From Candidatus Poribacteria bacterium (GTDB lineage: Bacteria > Poribacteria > WGA-4E > GCA-2687025): a DNA stretch of 64,000 nucleotides. Shown here one piece after another: positions 1-10,261 of this stretch. Below the pieces are notes generated by a model. It did not search any database. It was not told where the DNA came from and worked only from the letters and a program-made list of their open reading frames with translations. The number at the start of each line of letters is the position of its first letter. Positions within the stretch are counted from its first letter, which is position 1. Where the stretch lies: assembly GCA_963665845.2 (NCBI GenBank), contig OY762492.1, positions 3,136,001 through 3,200,000 on the forward strand. The letters are read 5' to 3'. The position numbers and the translations under genes are program-made.

Positions 1-240
1 CCCCGTTTTCACGGGGGCAGGCTATGAGGGGCGCGGGAATGCATGCCCTCGCGGGCATGTCCTCGTGAAAACGGGGAAGCGGGGGACGGCGGGCATATGA
101 CAGCGGTAAGCCGCGGGTTTCTAGACTCCCCCCTTGAAAAGGGGGGCTGGGGGGGTTTAAAGGACGGGAGCGGCGGCTGCAATGCTAAGATTCCCGCTTA
201 CGCGGGAATGACGGGGAGAGGGCGCGGGAATGACGGCGAG
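1..240. repeat. Mosaic palindromic REP-like cluster
   Basis: Contains CCCCGTTTTCACGGGG, CCCCCTTGAAAAGGGGGGCTGGGGGG and ATTCCC-N8-GGGAATGAC palindromes that recur in many intergenic regions of the window. Confidence 0.85.
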
Positions 241-272
241 TTGCGCTGCAACTTTCCCGCAGGTCATCGCGG

Positions 273-1706
273 CTAATCCTCCAGCGCCTTCCGCAGTGCC
301 GCGTTCGCCAGTTTCGGGTTCGCTTTGCCGCGCGACAGCTTCATCATTTGTCCGACCAGAAAACCGATGGCGCGGTCGTTCCCGGCGCGTATTTTGTCGG
401 CGGCGTCCGGGTTCTCCTCGACAACCTGCCTAGCCCACTCATCGATGGCAGACTCGTCGGAGACCTGAATAAAGCCGCGCTCTTCGACCACCTGCTGCGC
501 GGGCTTGCCTGTTTTCATCATCTCCTCCAGCGCCTCTTTCGCCATGCGCCCGCTGATCAACTCGTCGTTGATCATCTTAATGAGAGCGCCCAGCTGCTCA
601 GGCTTGACCGGCGAATCGTGAATCGAGCGGTTCTCCGCCCGCAGCATTCCGATCAGATCCCCCTGAACCCAGTTCGCGGCGCCGACAGGATCGCCGCACG
701 TTTTCGCCGTCTCTTCATAGTAATCGGCAAACGCTTTTTCAGCCGTCAGCGCCTTCGCTGTCTCCGCGTTGATGCCGTATTCGTCTTCCAAACGTTGACG
801 CCTCGCGCGCGGCAATTCAGGCAAACGGCTCCGCGCCTCCTTCACCCATGAATCGTCGATGACAAGCGGCACAAGGTCAGGCTCTGGGAAGTAGCGGTAG
901 TCGCTCGCTTCCTCTTTGGAACGCATCGCGCGCGTCGTCCCTTTGGCGGGATCGAAGAGGCGCGTTTCTTGGTCGACGGTTCCGCCGCCGTCCAAAATGC
1001 GCGTCTGCCGCCGTATCTCATACTCCAGCGCGGTCTGCACAAACTTGAACGAGTTCATGTTCTTCAATTCGGCGCGCGATCCAAGCGTTTCCGATCCGAC
1101 GGGGCGCAGAGAGATGTTCGCGTCGCAGCGAAAACTGCCCTCCTCCATGTTGCAGTCGCTGACCTCGGCGTATTCCAATATCTCCTTGACAGCGCGCCAG
1201 TAGGCGATCGCTTCGTCTGACGAACGCAGATCCGGCTCCCCGACAATCTCGATCAACGGAACGCATGAGCGGTTGTAATCGACCCAGCTGACGTTGGCGC
1301 CGCCCTCGGCGTGGATCAGCTTTCCCGCGTCCTCTTCAAGATGAATGCGCCGAATGCGGCAGGAGCGGGTCTCCCCGTTCAGCTCATACTCCGCCATGCC
1401 GTCTTTGGCGATGGGCAGGTCGTATTGCGAAATCTGATACCCTTTCGGCAGGTCGGGGTAAAAATAATGTTTGCGGTCGAATTTGCTGTACGGCTGAATC
1501 GCGCACTCCATGGCGATCCCGGCGAGTATCGTATAGTCAACCGCTTTTTTGTTCAGTACAGGCAGGACGCCCGGCATTCCGAGCGTGATCGGATCGATGC
1601 GCGTGTTCGGTTCGCCGCCGAAGCGGTTTTCTGTCCATGTGAACAGCTTTGAGTTCGTGTTCAGTTCGGCGTGTATTTCGAGACCGATGACCGTTTCATA
1701 TCTCAT
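273..1706 (-). CDS. gatB: Asp-tRNA(Asn)/Glu-tRNA(Gln) amidotransferase subunit B
   Basis: [16 protein letters not shown]-terminus, FDRKHYFYPDLPKGYQISQ, RCDANIS, DYRYFPEPDL; start placed at ATG 1706. Confidence 0.97.
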   Translation of the reverse strand: MRYETVIGLEIHAELNTNSKLFTWTENRFGGEPNTRIDPITLGMPGVLPVLNKKAVDYTILAGIAMECAIQPYSKFDRKHYFYPDLPKGYQISQYDLPIAKDGMAEYELNGETRSCRIRRIHLEEDAGKLIHAEGGANVSWVDYNRSCVPLIEIVGEPDLRSSDEAIAYWRAVKEILEYAEVSDCNMEEGSFRCDANISLRPVGSETLGSRAELKNMNSFKFVQTALEYEIRRQTRILDGGGTVDQETRLFDPAKGTTRAMRSKEEASDYRYFPEPDLVPLVIDDSWVKEARSRLPELPRARRQRLEDEYGINAETAKALTAEKAFADYYEETAKTCGDPVGAANWVQGDLIGMLRAENRSIHDSPVKPEQLGALIKMINDELISGRMAKEALEEMMKTGKPAQQVVEERGFIQVSDESAIDEWARQVVEENPDAADKIRAGNDRAIGFLVGQMMKLSRGKANPKLANAALRKALED

Positions 1707-2208
1707 CGTCGGACGCATCCTCGTTCAGTGTCAGCGGAACGCGCAGGAGCCGCGCCGTCAAACGGCTGCGCACGGCTAAAACGGCGCCGAGAGCGGCTAA
1801 AAACGACATGATCAGCGTCACGTAGCTCAAGAACCGCCCCTTCGCCAGCTCCATAAAACCGCTTCCGCTCAAAATCACTTCTGCTTGAGCCTCCGCGGTC
1901 GCCATGTCAATGTTATACGCCTCTGCAAACTCCCGCGTCAAGTAAATCAGGCTGTTCCATCGAACATCCAGAAGCAAGCCGATTCCGATCCCGACGACCG
2001 CAATGAGAGCCGCCCCCGCGGCGACCGACCATGCGCGCGTCTTCCCAACGCCTAACGCCGAAATTCCGACGACCGCCCCCATGCCGATCGCGACGGAGTA
2101 ATGGACGCCCATGCCGCGCGGAAGCGTATACGCCAGCAAGAACGAACAGAGAACCGCCGGCGTGAACGCAACCGCCAGCCCCATCTCCGGTTTCGGCGCC
2201 CTGTTCAT
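1696..2208 (-). CDS. Hypothetical multi-pass membrane protein
   Basis: 170-aa ORF with ~4 hydrophobic segments; overlaps the gatA stop (ATGA) and the gatB start. Confidence 0.7.
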   Translation of the reverse strand: MNRAPKPEMGLAVAFTPAVLCSFLLAYTLPRGMGVHYSVAIGMGAVVGISALGVGKTRAWSVAAGAALIAVVGIGIGLLLDVRWNSLIYLTREFAEAYNIDMATAEAQAEVILSGSGFMELAKGRFLSYVTLIMSFLAALGAVLAVRSRLTARLLRVPLTLNEDASDDEI

Positions 2209-3677
2209 GACGCTTCCTCCAACGGCGGCAGTAGATCATGGAGACCCGACGCCTGCTCAAAAGCGTAAGCGGCGCGCAGTACCGATTCTTCGTCAAACGG
2301 CTTTCCAAGCAGTTGCAACCCGATCGGAAGCCCGCTTTCGCTAAATCCGCATGGAACGGAAACGCCCGGCAAACCTGCAAGGCTCGCCGGTATCGTGAAG
2401 ACGTCTGACAGATACATCTGTAACGGATCGTCGGTCATTTCGCCCAGCTTGAACGCCGGCGTCGGAGCCGTCGGCGACACAATCAGGTCAACGTTTTCAA
2501 AAGCGCGGTCAAAATCCTGTTTCACAAGCGTCCGCGCCTTCATCGCTTTCAGATAATAGGCGTCGTAGTAGCCGGCGCTCAAGGCGTAGGCGCCGATCAT
2601 GATGCGCCGCTTCACCTCGTCGCCAAAACCTTCCCCCCGCGTTTTGCGGTAGGCGTCAATGAGACCGCCGCCGGCGCTGGATCGGTAGCCGTACCGTATG
2701 CCGTCGTATCGGGCGAGGTTGGAGCTGGCCTCCGCGGGCGCGATGATGTAGTAGGTGGCGACGCCGTATTCGGTGTGCGGTAGGGAGAGTTCGTCTATCT
2801 GCGCGCCGAGACTTTCCAGCGTCTGTATCGCCGCCTGAACGGCCGCCTCCACTTCAGGGTCCAGCCCCTCGATAAAATACTCGCGCGGAACGCCGACCCG
2901 CATGCCGTCCAGTCCGCTCCGCAGCGCCTCCGTGAAGTCAGGAACGGGAAGATCGGCGGAGGTTGAATCGAGCGGATCGTTGCCGCAAATGGCGTTCAGA
3001 ACCAGCGCCGCGTCCCGAACATTCCGCGTCAACGGTCCGATCTGGTCAAGCGACGAAGCGAACGCGACCAGCCCAAAACGGGAGACGCGCCCGTAAGTCG
3101 GCTTGAATCCGACCGTTCCGCAGAACGCCGCCGGCTGCCGGACGGAGCCGCCCGTGTCGGAACCGAGAGCGGTTGCCGCCATGCCGGCTGCAACCGCCGC
3201 GGCGGAACCTCCGCTGGACCCGCCGGGCGCGCGTTCCAAATCCCAAGGGTTTCGCGTCTTCATATAGGCGGAGTTTTCGGTTGAGGAACCCATCGCAAAC
3301 TCGTCCATATTCAGCTTTCCGATCAGAACCGCTTTCTGCTCGCGCAGCTTACGGATAACGGTCGCGTCGTAGGGAGAGATGAAATTCTCTAGTATCTTGG
3401 AGCCGCAGGTAACCTGCTCGCCTTTGGCGCAGATCACATCCTTGACGCCGACAGGGATGCCCGCCAGCGGCGGCAGTTTCTCTCCGCGCTGGAGCGCCGC
3501 GTCTACCTCTTGGGCGGTTCGCAGCGCCTGCTCCTCGTTCAGCGACAGATACGCCTGTATTTGCGGGTCGAATCGGCGTATCTGTTCAAAAAGGTGTTCG
3601 GCGGTCTGTACGGCGCTAATGTCGCCCTGCCGAAGGCGGCGCGCCGTCTCATGCGCCGGCAGAAAGCATGTGGACAT
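2205..3677 (-). CDS. gatA: Amidotransferase subunit A
   Basis: Amidase signature [11 protein letters not shown]...[39 protein letters not shown]. Confidence 0.97.
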   Translation of the reverse strand: MSTCFLPAHETARRLRQGDISAVQTAEHLFEQIRRFDPQIQAYLSLNEEQALRTAQEVDAALQRGEKLPPLAGIPVGVKDVICAKGEQVTCGSKILENFISPYDATVIRKLREQKAVLIGKLNMDEFAMGSSTENSAYMKTRNPWDLERAPGGSSGGSAAAVAAGMAATALGSDTGGSVRQPAAFCGTVGFKPTYGRVSRFGLVAFASSLDQIGPLTRNVRDAALVLNAICGNDPLDSTSADLPVPDFTEALRSGLDGMRVGVPREYFIEGLDPEVEAAVQAAIQTLESLGAQIDELSLPHTEYGVATYYIIAPAEASSNLARYDGIRYGYRSSAGGGLIDAYRKTRGEGFGDEVKRRIMIGAYALSAGYYDAYYLKAMKARTLVKQDFDRAFENVDLIVSPTAPTPAFKLGEMTDDPLQMYLSDVFTIPASLAGLPGVSVPCGFSESGLPIGLQLLGKPFDEESVLRAAYAFEQASGLHDLLPPLEEAS

Positions 3678-3696
3678 GTTATCGGCTCGCGCGTTT

Positions 3697-3987
3697 TTAT
3701 TCGATCACCTTGGGCGCCTGAAAGAACGCGCCGCTTGCGTCCGGCGCCAACTGCAGGGCGTCTTCCCTGTTCATCGGCTCATCGGCGCGGTCTTTTCGAA
3801 AAACGTTCTGAATCGTCAGCACATGAGAAGTCGGCTCCACGCCCTCGGTGTCCAGCTCATTCAGTTTTCCGATGTATTGTAGAATGCGCCCGAGTTGATC
3901 TACCAGCGCCTCTTTTTCGTCGGGCTGTAGATCAAGTCGGGCGAGTTCCGCGGCGTATTCCACATCTTCAAGCGAGATGCCTGCCAT
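3697..3987 (-). CDS. gatC: Amidotransferase subunit C
   Basis: 96 aa, [12 protein letters not shown]...[14 protein letters not shown]...NVFRKD...FFQAPKVIE; directly upstream of gatA. Confidence 0.95.
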   Translation of the reverse strand: MAGISLEDVEYAAELARLDLQPDEKEALVDQLGRILQYIGKLNELDTEGVEPTSHVLTIQNVFRKDRADEPMNREDALQLAPDASGAFFQAPKVIE

Positions 3988-4002
3988 GTCGGCTCCGTTC
4001 GT

Positions 4003-4872
4003 TTAAGCGGCGGAGCGCCGTCCGCGTCGATTTTTCATGGCGCGCTGCATCATCTTTTCCATCGCCTGCGTTTCGATCTGGCGCACGCGCTCTTTGGTCA
4101 CATCCAGCTTTTGCGCAATGGCGCGCAGCGTTTCGCCTTCGCCGGTCGCAAGCCCGAAGCGCAGATTGATGACGGTGCGCTCGCGGCTCGTCAGAACCTC
4201 CATCAACCGATCCACCTCGTCGCGCCGCTCCCATTGCTCGATATGCTTGTGCGTCTCGTTCGAGGTGTCCTCAACAACGTCGGAGAGAGTCGTGTTGCCG
4301 TCCGGGTTGCCGACCGGCGTTTCCAGCGGGATCGGCTCCTGCGGCAGCGTCTCGTTGTATCGGGTGCGCTCAACCGTCTCGCCGATGTTTGCCGCCAGCT
4401 CCTCCGCCGTCGGCATGCGCCCAAACAAACGCTCCAGATCGGCGCTGACCCGCTTCTGATTTCCCATCATGGCGAGTACGTACGACGGCAGCCGAATCGT
4501 CCGCGCGGCGCGGTCGATATGGCGCGAAATCGCTTGCCGTATCCAGTGAACAGAGTAGGTGCTGAATTTGAAGCCGCGCCGCTCATCGAAGCGCCGTATC
4601 GCCTGCAAAAGTCCGCCGATGCCCTCCTGGAGCAGGTCGACCAGGGGGACGCTGTGCCGCCGGTAACGCAGCGCGAGTTTCAGAACGAGACGCAGGTTGC
4701 ACATGATGAGCCGCTCCTGCGCTTTTTGATCGCCCGCGCGTATGCGCTGCGTCAGTTCGATCTCCTCCTGGCGCGTCAAAAGCGGATGCGCCTGAGCCAT
4801 TTCGATCCAGACATCCTGTGTTTCCCGTTCGTTCGGGTCTTGGCTGATGGTCACATACTCGCGAACCGGCAT
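4003..4872 (-). CDS. Sigma-70 family RNA polymerase sigma factor (RpoD/RpoS-like, no region 1.1)
   Basis: LLTRQEE (1.2), NLRLV...DLLQEG...GFKFSTYSVHWIRQAI (region 2), RTIRLP (3), VTKERVRQIE (4.2). Confidence 0.92.
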   Translation of the reverse strand: MPVREYVTISQDPNERETQDVWIEMAQAHPLLTRQEEIELTQRIRAGDQKAQERLIMCNLRLVLKLALRYRRHSVPLVDLLQEGIGGLLQAIRRFDERRGFKFSTYSVHWIRQAISRHIDRAARTIRLPSYVLAMMGNQKRVSADLERLFGRMPTAEELAANIGETVERTRYNETLPQEPIPLETPVGNPDGNTTLSDVVEDTSNETHKHIEQWERRDEVDRLMEVLTSRERTVINLRFGLATGEGETLRAIAQKLDVTKERVRQIETQAMEKMMQRAMKNRRGRRSAA

Positions 4873-4941
4873 AAACGAGAGAGTCGTCGATTTTATCGTC
4901 TTCCGCCTTTCGTAACGTTCCTATCGCAGCGGAGCCTCTAT

Positions 4942-4958
4942 AGCAAGAATTGTGCCAA
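4942..4958 (-). promoter_or_regulatory. Sigma-54 (-24/-12) promoter
   Basis: Minus strand reads TTGGCAC-AATTC-TTGCT, matching TGGCAC-N5-TTGC(W), about 70 nt upstream of the sigma factor ATG. Confidence 0.75.
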
Positions 4959-5205
4959 GCGTTTCATGCGGGTCTGGAACCGAGGCGGAGCGGCTGTTTT
5001 TTGTTAAAGACGGACGCCGCGCCGCCTGGATACCCGTAAAGAACGGCTGTTAGCGGATGAATCGGCGCCCTCGGCGCGATTTTAGCAGGACAAGTCGAGA
5101 CAACGGCGCTATACTTAGTACAAGCGCGCCGAACGAAAAAAGCGGCGGCGAACGTCATAATTTGCGCATGATGCTCAATAGTTGAGCGCTGTATTGCTGT
5201 AGGGA

Positions 5206-5541
5206 GTGGACATGTCGGCTTCAGTAGCGGAGTTTGAACGCCAGAGCGAAACGATACGGGAACAGCTGGAGAAGGCGATCGTTTCCTACCGGCAGCTGGC
5301 GGAAATCGGATTGAGCGAAATGACGCGCGAGAACGCCGCCGAACTCTACCGGCAGTTTGTGGAGGTGGAGGCGGTCTTTGAGGGCGTCGGCGGCGTCCTA
5401 GATCAATTGCGGACGGCGATCCACCGCGCCGGCGAAAGCATGACGGATCATATGGAGCAGATCGGATTTGACGGCGAACGCAAACCGACCATCACCGAGA
5501 TTGTGGAGGATGAAGAGTACGGCGCCGCCGTTTCGGAGTGA
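5206..5541 (+). CDS. Hypothetical acidic helical/coiled-coil protein
   Basis: 111-aa ORF with GGGAG RBS-like sequence; amphipathic helical composition. Confidence 0.7.
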   Translation: MDMSASVAEFERQSETIREQLEKAIVSYRQLAEIGLSEMTRENAAELYRQFVEVEAVFEGVGGVLDQLRTAIHRAGESMTDHMEQIGFDGERKPTITEIVEDEEYGAAVSE

Positions 5542-5734
5542 GTTGTCATCCCGCGTCCGCGGGGACATGCATTTCCGCCCCTGCGGTAAACGCGCCGGCG
5601 AAAGCCATGCTGCAATGGCGGTACAGCATCGGGGCGGTCTTTAGATCAAAGGAGGCCGTGAGACCGAATCCCGCCGCGAAGTTCCTTTTCGAATGAGCTT
5701 GCTGCGCGCCTGGTTTTCATAAAAGGAGTTGATG

Positions 5735-6856
5735 ATGCGCCGAAACGCCGATTTGTTCGCCGTTTGCGCGGTTGCCGCTGCGCTGCTGTTGGCGGGAGCT
5801 TCGCGCGCTTCCGCAGTCGGCGCGCTGCCGACGCCGAGAGAGGATGTGACGAAGCTTGTCAAGCCGACTCTCAGTTATTGTACTCCTGACGGATACGAGA
5901 TACGCCTTATCGATTGGGACGGCGAGAACGACCGAGTTTGGCTCAGTGACGGCAAGGCGCGGTTCTCTGGCGGCGTTGTCTGGACGCCGGACGGAAAACG
6001 CGCCGCGGCGGTCGTATACGACGGCGACTACGCGCCGTATGTTCTTGAGCTGAAAACCGGCAACGTCCAGAACATGTTGAAATGGCTGCCCCAGAACGCC
6101 GCGGGCGACTATATCCATGCCGCATGGTCGCCCGACGGGATTTGGCTCACTCTCATCGCCGACAGGCGCATCACAAACACCATTATTCACGCGGACATCT
6201 ACAAAGTGAATGCCGTTAACGGAAGGTATGTCCGCATGACGAACTTCCCAAAGCTACAACCTTCCCATCCGGTCTGGTCGCCGGACGGGAAACGGTTGGC
6301 GTTCTACGGCTTGAACGAGCCGAAAGAAAACGGGGGGCATGTGAACTATGAGGTGTATACGGTCAACGCCGACGGGTCGAATCTCGTCAATCTGACAAAC
6401 CATCCGACATTGGATAAGGTACGGTCATGGTCGCCGGACGGGAAGAAGATTGTTTTTCGCTCCTGGCGCTCTGTCCTGGACGGCGCGGAGCCGAAGAATG
6501 TACCCGATCTGTATATGATGAACCCGGACGGCTCCGATGTGGAGCGTCTCACCTTCAGCGCAGCTCTTGAATTCGATGCCAGTTGGTCGCCCGATTCTCA
6601 ATGGATCGTTTATGCGTCTTCGCCCGCGGATACGGACGATCCTGCTGACGAAGGCATCTACCGGCTGCGCGTCGCGACGAAAGAGGTTCAGTTGATCAAG
6701 CGTGTTCAGGCGGACAACGTTGCATGGGTTTTGGCGGGCAAGAGCCGCTTCCTCTCCGTCGACCCAGCCGGTAAGAAAAAAGCGCAGTGGGGAGCGTTGA
6801 AAGCGGCGGACGCTGAAGAAACGCCGATGGAGAAAAACGCCTCCGCCGACGAATGA
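5735..6856 (+). CDS. Secreted TolB-like (PD40/WD40-like) beta-propeller protein with C-terminal VDPAGK-W motif
   Basis: Signal peptide, repeated WSPDG motifs, 'YxMNxDGSxxxxLT' repeats; AAGGAG RBS at 5723-5728; alternative starts at 5729/5732. Confidence 0.88.
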   Translation: MRRNADLFAVCAVAAALLLAGASRASAVGALPTPREDVTKLVKPTLSYCTPDGYEIRLIDWDGENDRVWLSDGKARFSGGVVWTPDGKRAAAVVYDGDYAPYVLELKTGNVQNMLKWLPQNAAGDYIHAAWSPDGIWLTLIADRRITNTIIHADIYKVNAVNGRYVRMTNFPKLQPSHPVWSPDGKRLAFYGLNEPKENGGHVNYEVYTVNADGSNLVNLTNHPTLDKVRSWSPDGKKIVFRSWRSVLDGAEPKNVPDLYMMNPDGSDVERLTFSAALEFDASWSPDSQWIVYASSPADTDDPADEGIYRLRVATKEVQLIKRVQADNVAWVLAGKSRFLSVDPAGKKKAQWGALKAADAEETPMEKNASADE

Positions 6857-6893
6857 TGCGCGGACGCGCCCCTTCGCTTGAAAGGAGCATGGC

Positions 6894-8009
6894 ATGACCT
6901 TCTCCGCCTTCACAAAACGCTTGGCGGCGTTCGCGGCCGCCGTCTTCTTGCTTCTGCTGTGCGCTTCCGCGCCGTCAAGAGACTTTGTCCCGATGGAAGA
7001 TGTGACGAAACTGGTAAAGCCGACCATCTGTATCGGGCGGGGACAAAACCTTAGACTCATTGACTGGGACGGCCAAAACGAAAGGGTCTGGATGACCGGA
7101 GACTTCAACCATCCGGCAAGATTCAGCCGGGACGGCAAGCGCGCCGCCATCAGCGCCAGTACGGACGGTTCCTTTTACACGCTGTTCATCCTGGAGCTGG
7201 AAACAGGGCGGCTGATCAACATGACCGAGCGCCTTAAAAACAACCGAAAATTCAAAACGATCTACATTCCATTCGCAGTGTGGTTTCCAGACGGGAGGCG
7301 TCTTGCATGCGGCGCAACTGACACAACCGACCCGTTCCCGTTTGGAGACATTTATGTGTTGGATATCGGCTCCGCAACGCTGGAGCAGCTCACGAAGACG
7401 CCGACTCAGGATGAATATTGGCCGTCCGTCTCCGGAGACGGCAAGAAGATCGTTTATTATTCCACTCCCAGCGACAAGGAGAGAGCGGATCTGGGCGGGC
7501 TTCCTAAATTTAGCAATCATCTCTATACGATGAATGCGGACGGTTCCAACGTCGTGAATCTGACATACAGCGCTGCAACCGAGATGCTGCCTGAATGGTC
7601 GCCGGACGGCAAGAAGATCGCGTTTCAAGCGTACGACCGCAAAGAGCAGGAAGGCGAGATACGCGCATTGGACCTTTTTATGATGGACCCGGACGGTTCC
7701 AATGTTGAGCGTCTCACATCCCGCAAAGACGGACTGGAGGCATGGGGGGGAGGCGATTGGTCGGCGGACAGCAAATGGATTCTGTTCCATATGAAACTTG
7801 AGGACAACCTGCTGAGCGGACTTTACCGCATTCATATCGACACGCGGGAGATCGTGCGCATCGGCCGATACGGCGCCGCGACTTGGGTTCATGCGGGCAA
7901 TAGCCGCTTCCTTTCCGTTGATCCAGCCGGTAAGAAAAAAGCGCCATGGGGAGCGTTGAAAGCGGCGGACAGCAGCCCAAATAGTCCAACGCCGCAAGAC
8001 AGCGAATGA
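6894..8009 (+). CDS. Secreted TolB-like beta-propeller protein, paralogue of the upstream gene
   Basis: Signal peptide, WSPDG repeats; shares EDVTKLVKPT...LIDWDG and SRFLSVDPAGKKKAxWGALKAAD with 5735-6856. Confidence 0.88.
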   Translation: MTFSAFTKRLAAFAAAVFLLLLCASAPSRDFVPMEDVTKLVKPTICIGRGQNLRLIDWDGQNERVWMTGDFNHPARFSRDGKRAAISASTDGSFYTLFILELETGRLINMTERLKNNRKFKTIYIPFAVWFPDGRRLACGATDTTDPFPFGDIYVLDIGSATLEQLTKTPTQDEYWPSVSGDGKKIVYYSTPSDKERADLGGLPKFSNHLYTMNADGSNVVNLTYSAATEMLPEWSPDGKKIAFQAYDRKEQEGEIRALDLFMMDPDGSNVERLTSRKDGLEAWGGGDWSADSKWILFHMKLEDNLLSGLYRIHIDTREIVRIGRYGAATWVHAGNSRFLSVDPAGKKKAPWGALKAADSSPNSPTPQDSE

Positions 8010-8065
8010 GGCGCCGGCGGGGGCATGCCTTCCCTTAGCATCTTTCCGCGCAGGAAACGCCGCGC

Positions 8066-10261
8066 TTATTCGTCCAGCACAAAATGGACGAGGTCGCGTT
8101 CGGACACATGGCGCAGCAAAAAGTCGGCGCTGAACGGGCGCATCGTCTGTTCGCCATGTTCCGTCGCCGCGATTTCTAAAAACCGCGCCTGGCTGTCTAG
8201 GCGTTCGCCGAGCGGCGCCTTTGTCCATTCATAAGAGCCGTCCGGATTCTGCATCCGCGCTTGGCAATTGTCCCTTAGATGCAGCTCCAGCGTCTCCTCA
8301 ATGATGCGCCGTTTCAAGCGCGGATCCTCGATTGGAAACATGATTTCCACCCGCCGCAAAAAGTTGCGCGGCATCCAGTCCGCGCTGGACAGATACACCT
8401 CTTCGGAGCCGTTGTTGCGGAAGTAGTACACCCGCGTATGTTCCAAGAAGCGTCCGACGATGCTGCGCGCGCGGATATTCTCGCTCACGCCGGGAACGCC
8501 CGCCCGCAGACAGCAGATGCCGCGCACAATCAGATCGATCTGAACGCCCGCCTGCGACGCGCGGTACAACGCCCGAATGGTGCGCGGGTCCACCAGCGAA
8601 TTCATCTTGGCGATGATGCGCCCCTGGCGCCCCTCCTCCGCATGCTTCTGCTCCCGCCGTATCATTTCGACCGTCGCGTCCTGCAGCTCCAGCGGCGCCA
8701 CAATAAAACGGCGCCAGACGGGGAACTCCGAAAATCCTGTCAACAGGTTGAAAAGGCGCGAAGCGTCCCGCCCAAATTGAAGGTCGCACGTCAAAAGCCC
8801 CAAGTCGGTGTAAAGCCGCGCCGTTGAGGAGTTGTAATTGCCCGTTCCGATATGCACATAACGGCGCAGCCTGTCCAGCCCCTCCTCCTGCCGCACCACC
8901 AGCAGCGCCTTGCAGTGGGTCTTCAGCCCGACAAGCCCGTACACCACATGCACGCCCGCCCGTTCAAGCCGCCGCGCCCATGCGATGTTCGCCTGCTCGT
9001 CGAACCGCGCCTTCAGTTCCACCAGCGCCGTCACCTGCTTGCCGTTTTCCGCCGCCGTTTCCAGCGCCTGAACGATGGCGGAGTCGCCATCCGTTCGGTA
9101 CAGCGTCTGCTTGATCGCCAGCACATTCGGGTCGATGGCCGCTTGGTTCAAAAACTCAATGACCGTGTCGAACGACTCATACGGATGGTGGAGCAGTATG
9201 TCCCCCTCCCGTATCGTTTCAAAAATGTCCTGCGACGCCTTCATGCGCGAGATGGTGTGCGGGACAAACGGCGGATAAAACAGCTCTGGGAGATCGATCT
9301 GCGCCGTCAGCCCCATCAGGTCGCGCAGCCGAAGGATGCCGTCAACCCGGTACACATCCTCCTCTTTCAGGTCCAACCCGCGCATGAGATGCTCCAGGAC
9401 ATCGTCTGGGCAGTCGGCTCCGATGTCGAGCCGCACGACGGCGGTCGTCGCGCGTTTGCGCAGCTCGCCTTCAATCATTTCCAGCAGGTCTTGGCTCTCC
9501 TCCTCGTCGATTTCCAGGTCGCTGTCGCGCAGCACATAAAACGGATGGCAGCTCTCGATCTCTAGCCCATGGAACAGGTCGCCGATGAACTCCATGATGA
9601 TGTCTTCCAGCAGGGCGAAGCGCAGCCCCTCGACAGGCAGGCGGACAAATCTGGAAAGCGACTGCGGGGTTTGGACGACCGCAAAATAGGAGTTCATGCG
9701 CCCGCCCATGCTTTTGCGCAGGGAGACGGCAAGGTTCAGGGTCAACGACCGCAGGCGCGGAAACGGATGCCCAGAGTCGATGGCGAGCGGCGTCAACACC
9801 GGAAACACCTGTCGATGGAAGTAATTGTCGATCCATTCGTACAGGTCGGGGGAGAGTTCGCTGATGGGATGAATGACGGCGCCGCGTTCTTCAAGGGCGG
9901 GGAGCGCGTCTTGTAAAAGGCACTGGTACTGGGCGCGTATTTGTCGGTGGCATGCGGCGGAGATTCGCTCCAGCTGCTCGGCGGGCATGAGTCCGTCGGC
10001 GGCGGCGTACAGGGCGCCGGATTCCACCTGCCGTTTCAATCCCGCGACGCGCACCATGAAGAATTCGTCCAGGTTGGAGCCGACGATGGCGAGAAATTTG
10101 AGCCGTTCGGCGAGCGGTTTTTCAGGGTCCTGCGCCTCGCCCAGGACGCGCCCGTTGAACTCGATCCAGCTCAGCTCTCGGTTGATATAGAGCGACGGGT
10201 CTTTGAGATCAATGGTTGGCGCTTCGGTATGCGCTTGCGCGGTCGCTTCTGCTTGTTTCAC
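8066..10261 (-). CDS. ppk1: Polyphosphate kinase 1
   Basis: YINRELSWIEFN, NLDEFFMVRVAGL, LLHHPYESF, ELKARFDE, KTHCK, GRFLEH, SADWMPRN; GTG start at 10261 with AGGAGG RBS. Confidence 0.97.
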   Translation of the reverse strand: MKQAEATAQAHTEAPTIDLKDPSLYINRELSWIEFNGRVLGEAQDPEKPLAERLKFLAIVGSNLDEFFMVRVAGLKRQVESGALYAAADGLMPAEQLERISAACHRQIRAQYQCLLQDALPALEERGAVIHPISELSPDLYEWIDNYFHRQVFPVLTPLAIDSGHPFPRLRSLTLNLAVSLRKSMGGRMNSYFAVVQTPQSLSRFVRLPVEGLRFALLEDIIMEFIGDLFHGLEIESCHPFYVLRDSDLEIDEEESQDLLEMIEGELRKRATTAVVRLDIGADCPDDVLEHLMRGLDLKEEDVYRVDGILRLRDLMGLTAQIDLPELFYPPFVPHTISRMKASQDIFETIREGDILLHHPYESFDTVIEFLNQAAIDPNVLAIKQTLYRTDGDSAIVQALETAAENGKQVTALVELKARFDEQANIAWARRLERAGVHVVYGLVGLKTHCKALLVVRQEEGLDRLRRYVHIGTGNYNSSTARLYTDLGLLTCDLQFGRDASRLFNLLTGFSEFPVWRRFIVAPLELQDATVEMIRREQKHAEEGRQGRIIAKMNSLVDPRTIRALYRASQAGVQIDLIVRGICCLRAGVPGVSENIRARSIVGRFLEHTRVYYFRNNGSEEVYLSSADWMPRNFLRRVEIMFPIEDPRLKRRIIEETLELHLRDNCQARMQNPDGSYEWTKAPLGERLDSQARFLEIAATEHGEQTMRPFSADFLLRHVSERDLVHFVLDE

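Noticed and set aside
5206-5541. Pup/UBact modifier candidate
   Set aside because: Ends AAVSE rather than GG[EQ] or R[TS]G[EQ], is too long, and is 32 kb from arc-dop.
5545-5728. Riboswitch in the leader of the TolB-like pair
   Set aside because: Some hairpin potential, but part is a degenerate REP and I cannot match any known aptamer consensus.
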